From Lytechinus pictus (taxonomy: Eukaryota): 34,908 nucleotides of DNA. Both the position numbers and the translations under genes were made by a program. The stretch lies in the NCBI RefSeq assembly GCF_037042905.1, contig NC_087262.1, positions 2,232,001 through 2,266,908 on the forward strand, written 5' to 3'. The notes below the pieces were generated by a model. That model ran no database searches and was not told the DNA's origin. It saw only the letters and a list, made by a program, of their open reading frames with translations. Shown one piece after another: positions 25,501 to 34,500 of this stretch; position 1 is the first letter of the stretch; every line of letters starts with the position of its first letter.

Positions 25501-28500
25501 GTACATTTAAAATCCAGGTCCCACAGCAGGCGGATTTGTAAATAGAGAAAATCAAACGAGCATATTATGCTGTCAAGTCCGTCAGAGTCGTATGTAAAAT
25601 AAGAATGTTTTGACCTTTTAAAGTCTGCAGATGAGTGAGCCGATGATGAAGCACACACTTACTTTTTATTTTGTTATTATTATATGAAATATTATTGTAT
25701 GAAATATTTCAAACAATTTTGTTTTATATGACAATAAGAAAATTATTGATTGATTCATAATCCGTTACAACAATTGAAAATCCACATGTCCACAGTCATG
25801 GCAGTGGAATTAAAAACCATTTGGATTTGTGTGCATTTTAAAGAGGGAAAAATTAAATATTTCGTGTTATAAAGTGCAAGGAATGTGTGACATTGGGGTA
25901 AATCCGTGACGTCATACTGGGGGATAGAAAATAGATCACCCCCCTTGAACAAAATGTTCACTGCTCGGATTAATGCCAGTGGTTTGTGACGTCATCATTT
26001 CTCTTTTTATATAGCACCTGTGTTCTGCATAATTTTTTTTTTTTTTTAAAGGCCAAACTTTAAAAAGCCACAACGTTCTTTATTTCACACCCGACGTTTG
26101 CCGGAACTTTCAGCATCATACCTGTGTATTTTTTTTATTTTTCTCTCTCTCTATACATTCAAATTCGCATGTTCATAAAGTGGGCGTGACCTAAATAGAT
26201 TTTCAATTACCCAAAAGGGCTTCCACTGGGCAATGATATTAAGAAATTCTATGGAGCAAATTGCCCCTGAGATTTAGAAATATTCTTTATTTTACTCATG
26301 TAAACACCACTTTTGTGACTTACCACCATTTTCTGCCCTCCTCCAATCTCATCAAAAGTTTTGGCATGGAGCACGACGGCCAAGGAAACACGTGTGAAGA
26401 TGATGCGTCTCGAGGTTCCATCATGGCGCCCGTCGTTATATCGACCTACATTCACTACTTCTGGTCGAAGTGTAGTCGTATCGAGCTCAACCGATACCTA
26501 TCGTGAGTATCCGATACCTTTAACCCCCTTTCTCTCTTCCTTCCATTCCTCCGTCCGTCTTCTTCTGCTTCTAATCCATAGTTTCGGGATGGAACACGAC
26601 GGCGTCGGCAACACCTGTAAGCGCGACCAGTTACGGGGCTCTATCATGTCGCCGGTCGTCAAGGCCACTTACACCCGGTACTTCTGGTCGGTTTGCAGTC
26701 AGTACGAGCTTCACCGGTATCTCTCGTGAGTAGGTTCTGCTTTGTACATCCGGTTTGCCATATGGATTCGGTTTTACTTTCTTTCGGTTTTCTTGTCATC
26801 CGACTCACCCTCGCATCCGACTTATCCGTTCATCCGACTAGTTTCCTCTTTCAAATTTTATTTTCGTTTTGAGTTTTTCGTTATTTCATTTTCATTTGTG
26901 ATTTTGGAGCATGGTGCTTGGTTTAATGGTATTTTTTTATTTGATTGATCTAACTTGATTCCTAATCTGTTTATCGTTGATCGTTTGTTAGTGTTTGTAA
27001 CCTTGTATATTCGTCTACTTGTATTCAGTGTTGTTTTGTACAATTATATATTCAGTTAAATTTATAGACTCATTTTATCAACTCTTTAAGTGGTTGGTTC
27101 ATTGTTCATAATGTATTGGTTAGAGGAAGACCAAATCAATGGAAAGGTTTTCTGAAGAGCGAATGATTGGTCTGAACGAGGAACGCAATCTTTCGTAGGA
27201 GGGAAACTGACTGCTGTAGTCAGTTTATTGCAGCAATAAATGATGATGATGGAATATGAAAGGTTCTGTGTTAATATCATTTCTCATTCTTTCTTACTCC
27301 CAAGTTTACCTTGCGCTATATCGTTGTATGAAGCAGAAAGTTTTCATTAAACCATGAGGATGTATTATTGTGTGACTCACTTGTTTGTCAAACAAAGTTT
27401 AAGTTTTCTCAACCATTTCATCTCGTGTTCAGTTGGGAAATCATATTAATAAAATATTTACCATAATATTCATTGCGTGTTCTGATGATATTGGATCTTA
27501 CCTGTGGATCGAATTCTATCATTGCCATCCTCGTGTAGACCCTATGTTATCATGTGACTCGTTATTTGTGTTGTGTTGTATTTGGCCGATGTTTGTGTCT
27601 GGTTGTATTTGGTTTTGTTCGGGATTGCTTTCTTCTGACTTTAACAATTCTATGGGAGTGTGTATTTGAGTTTTGTCAGACGTGTATCAATCAGATATGA
27701 TTATTTACGTCTGGGACCGACCTTTAACGTCACCATCCGAAAGACGTGACCAGGGCTCGAACCTCGAACCTTATGCATCAATTTGTAACTTCCCCACATA
27801 GCTTGGATTACAGGCGCACGCCACAACGCCCAGGGAGTGTGCATGTATTGCAAATCAGTAGAACAGTATAACATTGTTTGACAGTTAACAGTATAGACCT
27901 ACATTGAAGGCATCCCTGCTGGAAACCTCAAAGTCACACAGTGTTTTCATCGTGTATTCAGTGTGTTCACACTCACAGTGCATTCATTGTATATTCAGTG
28001 TGTTCACAGCGTGTCCACAGTGTGTTCACCGTATATTCAGTGTTTTCACAGTGTTCATTGTATATTCAGTGTGTTCACTGTATATCCAGTGTGTCCACAG
28101 TGTGTTCACTGTATATTCAGTGTGTTCACAGTGTCTTCATTTATATTCAGTGTGTTCACAACGTGTTCACAGTGTGTTCACTGTATATTCCGTGTGTCCA
28201 CAGCGTGTTCACTGTATATTCAGTGTGTCCACAGTGTTTTCATTGTATATTCAGTGTGTTCACAGCGTGTCCACAGTGTGTTCATTGTATATTCAGTGTG
28301 TTCACAGCGTGTCCACAGTGTGTTCACTGTATATTCAATGTGTTCACAGCGTGTCCACAGTGTGTTCACTGTATATGCAATGTGTTCACAGCGTGTCCAC
28401 AGTGTGTTCACTGTATATTCAGTGTGTTCACAGCGTGTTCACAGTGGCCCGTATTCTAAAGTCGGGTTTAACTTAAACTCAGGATTAAGTATGGATAGCC

Positions 28501-31500
28501 AATTGTTACATAAATCAATAACAGTAGAGATATCATATTTCAGCTCATTTGGCTTTCAAATCATTCATAATTATATAAGAAGTGTAAATGGATGATTGTC
28601 TTCACCATCAATGAATCAGGAAAGAACACAATAAACATAAGAAACATAGAACTTAATAAAAATGTTGACACTTTTGGCTTCCCATAATTTTAGCACAGAG
28701 TTAGACCATGGTCTAAGTTAAACCTGTCTTCAGTGTGTATTCAGTGTGTTCACAGCGTGTCCACAGTGTGTTCACAGTGTATTCATAGTATATTCAGTGT
28801 GTTCACAGCGTATTCATTGTATTAACGGTCTTTTGACAGTGGGACACACAGTATATTCACATTGCGTTTAGTGTTTTTCATAGTGTTTTCAAACTGTGTT
28901 CACAGTGTGTTCATTATGTGTTCACAGTGTGTTCAAATTGTATTCACAGTGACTCCAAATAATGTTCACAGTGTTTTACAATGTGTGCACAGTGTGTCCA
29001 TGTGACGGACTAAATTTAAGTGTATGAATAATTTCACACTTTGGACACAGTGTGTACACATACAGGACTCTGAATATGAGATTTACAATGTTTGATTTTA
29101 GCATTGTAAAAAGAACAGTGTAAAAATGCATGGATTCGCATCATGTTCAACACTGTGAACACACTTTGTGATACACTGTGACACTATGAATTTTTCCACT
29201 AGGGATTAGGCCCGACAAATTTCGTCATTCGTTTTACTTCGTTTCACGGAATATAACAAATATTAATGCATGACAAACACTGGAAGAAATGGAGTTTTAT
29301 TGTACGAACAACATGAGAAATGATTAACATTCACCAGGAACATAACATAGTTATATTTACACTGATTTCCCCCAAATAATATGCATGGTCTGATTGTTGA
29401 AAAGCAAGAACATGAATTGCTGGAAAGTGAAATAATACTACTACTAATAATAACAATAATAATGATGATAATAATGATAATAAAAAACCACGAAGCATAT
29501 CACTTATTCATGAGGATTATATGTTTCCTGTTGTTTCTTTTCACCAATTAACAACATTGATAACATTTACTTTTCTGATAATTGTATAAGCACTTAGAGG
29601 AATCTGAATGTTGAAACGGTTATCCGTACTCACTTTAATTCCTTTTTCTAGTCGGTACTATTGCTTGTGGGATGATCCTTTCGATAGCGGATATCCGGAG
29701 GTCCGGCAGTATCCGGGTCGGCGCTATACAATGGATGAACAATGTCGGTTTGATTTCGGTCACGGCTACCGCACGTGTACCGCGGTAAGTGACAGTTTTT
29801 GGAGGTGAAACCTTTTCAGTGGCAGTTTTGATAATCGGGAATGTGATTTATTCAAATCCTAACAAGCAGAACAATTTCCTTCAGAATTTATATGGGAATA
29901 TACTGTACATGTATAAGTTTTAAGAACATGGATTTCCTTAATCAAAATGTGAGCAAGATTTTTGTTCAGAGTTCATTTGATACGTCTAAAGTTGTGCAAT
30001 TGATCCTTTAGGATTTTCGTAAGGAGAAAAAATTATTGTTACCTATATGCATAAAACTAAAGTTGTTGAGAATATCAATTATGCAGTCGAAGGAATAAAG
30101 ATTATGATATTTGAATAATTTTATGGCAGTCGTTTTAACAATGTTTTAACGTTTCTCAATTTGAATGAAATTCAACAGTTTTATTACAATCCATGTCAAG
30201 AGTTGTGGTGCATGCATCCGACCAGTTACAACTGCCGTACACGTAACGGACCACCACTGGATGGGACCGCCTGTGGTCCGGGCATGGTAAGGTGTAGCTT
30301 ATGGTCACTATACTGAAAGTTCCCCGTGGAATGAAACAAGGCTTATCTTCCGCTCACAAATATAGCTTTAAAAAAGATGTGATAAACTTTATGGCTCCAA
30401 ATATGATGCAGTCAGCTATGTAACTACTCATAGGTGAACATGGTAAAGAAAAGTTAAGGTTATGCTGTGAGCGGAACGTCAAACCCTTATTTCATTTATG
30501 GGCTTAATAATTGCCATTTACTAACCAACTTCTTCATCTTTCATTCTCGCTTTACCCAACCGGAAACAGTTCAATGATTACGACAAATGCGACCAACTGT
30601 GGTGTATGCACTACCGCAAAAGATATGTTTGTCGGACTAAGAAAGGTCCGCCGTTAGACGGCACAGAATGTGGTCCGGGAATGGTAAGAAAATGGTCGGA
30701 TTTCCCGCCTGTCGGATGACGATGTGGAATTTCTTAGGCTCGTGATACAGCAAAAAAAAAGCTCTTCAACATTTTGTTTTACGGGGGTGAATTCTTAGGG
30801 GGGTTTGGGTATCAGAAAATTAAAGAGGAGTTGAACACCTGTACCCCCCCCCTCTGCGTATGCTACTGTATAGGATTATGGGTTTGCTTTCATATTAGAG
30901 GGATTTAAACTAGATCAACACTGTTTCCAGAACATACGTCTTCTGAATACTGATGATGTCATTTTATGAAGATTCTGTATACGATAGTGGTTGGGCTAGT
31001 AGTTGGATTTAATTGTTTCAACCTTTATAATAAAATAGAAAAATATGAAAAATGCTAAAGAAAGATGGGCCAAAATTGTATTACAAAATTGAAAATGAGG
31101 ACGATATAATATATCAGAGTATTTCTTGGTCTACATAAATTGAACCAAGGGAAATCTCTCTTACATTAAGACGATTCCTATTAATGTTCATAAAGTATAT
31201 CGTTCCACCTTATAGAGAAAATGAACTTTATCTTTGTTATCGTTTTTTTGGTTTCTTGCTCATTTAAGTGACACATTGTATATATTAGAACCTTATGTAT
31301 TCATTATTTTAAGAAAGAGAACTTGGCGGGTTAAAATAGTTCCTGGATTCCACATTGTCTCTGATTGGTCGGGTTTCCCTATTGAATTCTGCACGAGAGC
31401 ACCTTGCATAGATCCTTGTGGTTTTGCACATTATCGGAGAAGTACTACATCAGGCAGACTGGAATGAAAATGCAAAATGTATATATTACATTCATTATTT

Positions 31501-34500
31501 ATACATGTCTCCGATTTGTTTAGATGAAACAGAGAAGAGGAAAAAAAGCATGAATATCATTTTGATTATTTCAATTTATGAATAGAGCTTGTAATGAAAT
31601 CGAAATTCCAAGTTGGTATGTTTGTGCATGAAGCTCGTGTCTCGTTTGATGAATTATGCATGAGTTGCATCTCGATATTTCTTGATTTCATATTGCAAAG
31701 AATTGCTGTAAGAGTTGGTCGTTTAAATTAAAATAATAAGCATTGCGTCTTTACCCAACAAAGAACACAAATTATAGCAGCGAATTCGTATGAACAATAC
31801 AAGGTTTTGGCCTAGTTTATCTTTCCTAATTCGGTTTTCTGATGCGCAAACTGACGCTGATTGGGTTAAATTATTAACCAATCGCGTTTGTCATTTCACC
31901 GTGATCCTCATGTCGGTTTGGGAACTAGGTATTTGATGTGTTCGTAATTTCTTTGTCACGATTGCTGTTGCGAATGAACTGTATACATTTCCATTCTTAC
32001 TAATGTATATAACCTTAAAATAAGCAATATTTCGACGATGGATTATTTTGAATTGTACTGTTTACAATCTAAAATGGATTAATTTAAATATTACTATATT
32101 TTCAAACTTTGTTCATCTGCTTTTATAGTAGTCTAGTTCCTTTGTTTGTTTTCTATTCAAATATGGTAGACCTGAATAATTATGTGTGTTTATTTTTTTA
32201 AACAATTTTTTACGTTCATTTTCTTTATGTTTGCATCTTTTCTTGCGTTTCTGCTTATTTGACTGTGTGTGATTTTTTTTTATTGTTCTCATGTTTGGTT
32301 TATTCTATATATTTGTTTATTTTGTTTCAGGCAAAAAATAAACAGGTATAATAACACTATGATAACATATATATAATAAGAATAACATGTATGAGAAGAA
32401 TGATTTTGATGATAATGATGAGGATAATAATAATGATAATAAACTGTGGAGCGTTGTGGCCCAGTGTATTAGTCTTCTGACTTTGAAACAGAGGGTTGTG
32501 GGTTCGAATCCCAGCCATGGCGTAATTTGCTTCATCAAGAAATTCGTCCACATTGTGCTGCACTCAACCCAGGTGAGGTGAATGGGTACCTGGCAGGAAT
32601 TTATTCCTTGAAATGCGTGTGCGCTGTAATCTTAGTAATTACGGCTGCCAAGTTACAGCTGGGGTAATAATATCCAAGTCCTTTGGAAGTGCATAGAGAC
32701 ATTATTCATAATGTGATATGCGCTATACAAGAACTGTATATTATTATTATTATTATTATTATCATTATTAATGATAATGATAGAATAATGAAAATACCAC
32801 CAGCCAGTGATCCGGAATAGCCAAAAGGGTTGTTCTTATTGAAACTTTCTCTCTTATTTGTCGCTGGTTTACAAACATAGTAATAATAAATAAATAAAAC
32901 TTGAAATGGAACAAATTCATTTTGATTCATGACAAGAGCAAATAATAGCTTGTAAATCAATAGGAATCAGCTCAAAGTGTAACCATTATCATGGACTTAT
33001 TCTGACTATCACGATTTCAATATATTGAAATGATTTATTGTTGAAGAAAACCAAGCGTTGAAATTCTCTCGAAAATGCTGGCCGGTAATGAAAATAAATA
33101 ATTCTTACGACATTTTAAGTCGAATTCGTGAGGAATGTTGAGCTAAAAACTAATCTTTGAAGATTCCTACCGGAAGGTTGAGAATATGATAGAATCCTTA
33201 AAAAAAAAAAATATTGCTTCATTTTCAAATCCGTTGCTTTTTTTTTCGAGGGACAAAGTTGCATGAGCCTGGTTTCTGTAGGGTCATGCAATAATCATAC
33301 CGGATTCCTTTAGAAATAATATTCACACATCATTCTGAACAGGTGGTTAATCGATCGGTATCGGTTAATTGTTAGGCTCGCAGATAATTTTTCTTCCCTG
33401 GATTTGAAAAATGAATAATATGCTACTTAAAAAGAAACCAAATTATCACAAATTTAGAAATCTTCTCTGTGGTGGCATAAAGAAATGTGGGATGAATAAC
33501 CCCCCCCCCCCTTCCCTGTACATCCAAAGTTTTTCTTCTTCGCTCCTGCACCCGAACATCTTCTTTGTCCTCTATTTTCCGGCCCTAATTTGAAAAAAAA
33601 TGGCAACACATGATCTGATAAAATCCAAGTATGTCAAACTGCATGTTGGTGAAGCACATAAAATTTGTTCCCATTTTAAACCAAAAAACTTCTTCTTTTA
33701 ACTCCTGTCTGAACAGTGGTGCGTTCAAGGAACTTGTAGGTATTCACAGAATCAGATCGATGGTCATTGGAGCGCGTGGACTGGATGGTCAGAATGTTCA
33801 TATTCGTGTGGTACAGGTACTAAGTACAGGACAAGACAATGCGATAACCCAAGGTAAACGATCATGATTGATTGATTGATCGGTTGGTTGATTGGTTGAA
33901 TGAATGATCAAGTAACTGATTGATTGATTATTTGATTGATTGATTCATTGATTGATTGAATGGCTTGATTGAAAGCTTGAATACTCATTGATTGATTGAT
34001 TGATTGATTGACTAACTTAATAGATAGACTAATTGTTGGTCGATGTGTTGATAGGTTGGTTGGTTGAATGAATGATCAAGTAACTGATTGATTGATTGAT
34101 TGATTAATTGATTGATTGATTGATTGATTCGATGATTTATGGATTAATTAATTGATTGAATGAATGTTTAATTGATTGAGTGAGTAAAATGCTAATTTAT
34201 TGATTAATTGGTAAATTGGTTTACTGACTGTTCAATGGATAAATCAATTGGCTGATTTGTCAATTTTTATCAGATTGATTCTTTGATTTTCCCCATTTAG
34301 ACCCCAATACGGAGGACGGGAGTGCTCAGGTAAAGGCGAGGATGTTAGACTTTGCAATACTCAGGTGTGTAAAGCAACCTTTCTGTTTCATTGCATTTTT
34401 TAGCCACTGCCAATTAGTTTATCTGATGATATGATGACAAACGGTATATATCCATAATACAAAGATGATTGTGAATGGTATGATTATATCTGTTTGAAAT

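Larger units (their letters stand above)
27914..29204. mobile_element. EnSpm/CMC-like non-autonomous element filled with ACAGTGTGTTC tandem repeats
   Basis: at|ccctgctggaaa ... tttccactaggg|at (CCC...GGG ends, 2-bp TSD); repeat units invert near the right end. Confidence 0.7.

Noticed and set aside
26261-26729. F1/F2 (and H1/H2) as an assembly duplication or haplotype artefact
   Set aside because: The copies are heavily diverged at synonymous sites, their flanking introns are unrelated, and neighbouring exons are single-copy.
27780-27834. Bona fide 7SL RNA gene or primate Alu contamination
   Set aside because: Similarity covers only about 45 nt, then switches to a non-7SL SINE body; no S domain or Alu dimer.
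27904-28595. Three overlapping 170-210-aa Cys/His/Val-rich ORFs
   Set aside because: Translation artefacts of the 42-bp minisatellite. Not a CRISPR array either, since there are no unique spacers and the context is eukaryotic.
32448-32525. Possible tRNA gene
   Set aside because: A and B boxes are present, but the cloverleaf is degenerate and runs into a SINE body and (TTA)n tail.
936-33867. Remaining short (60-100 aa) ORFs in the supplied track
   Set aside because: They lie in repeats, in low-complexity intron sequence or on the opposite strand of real exons, and have no recognisable motifs.
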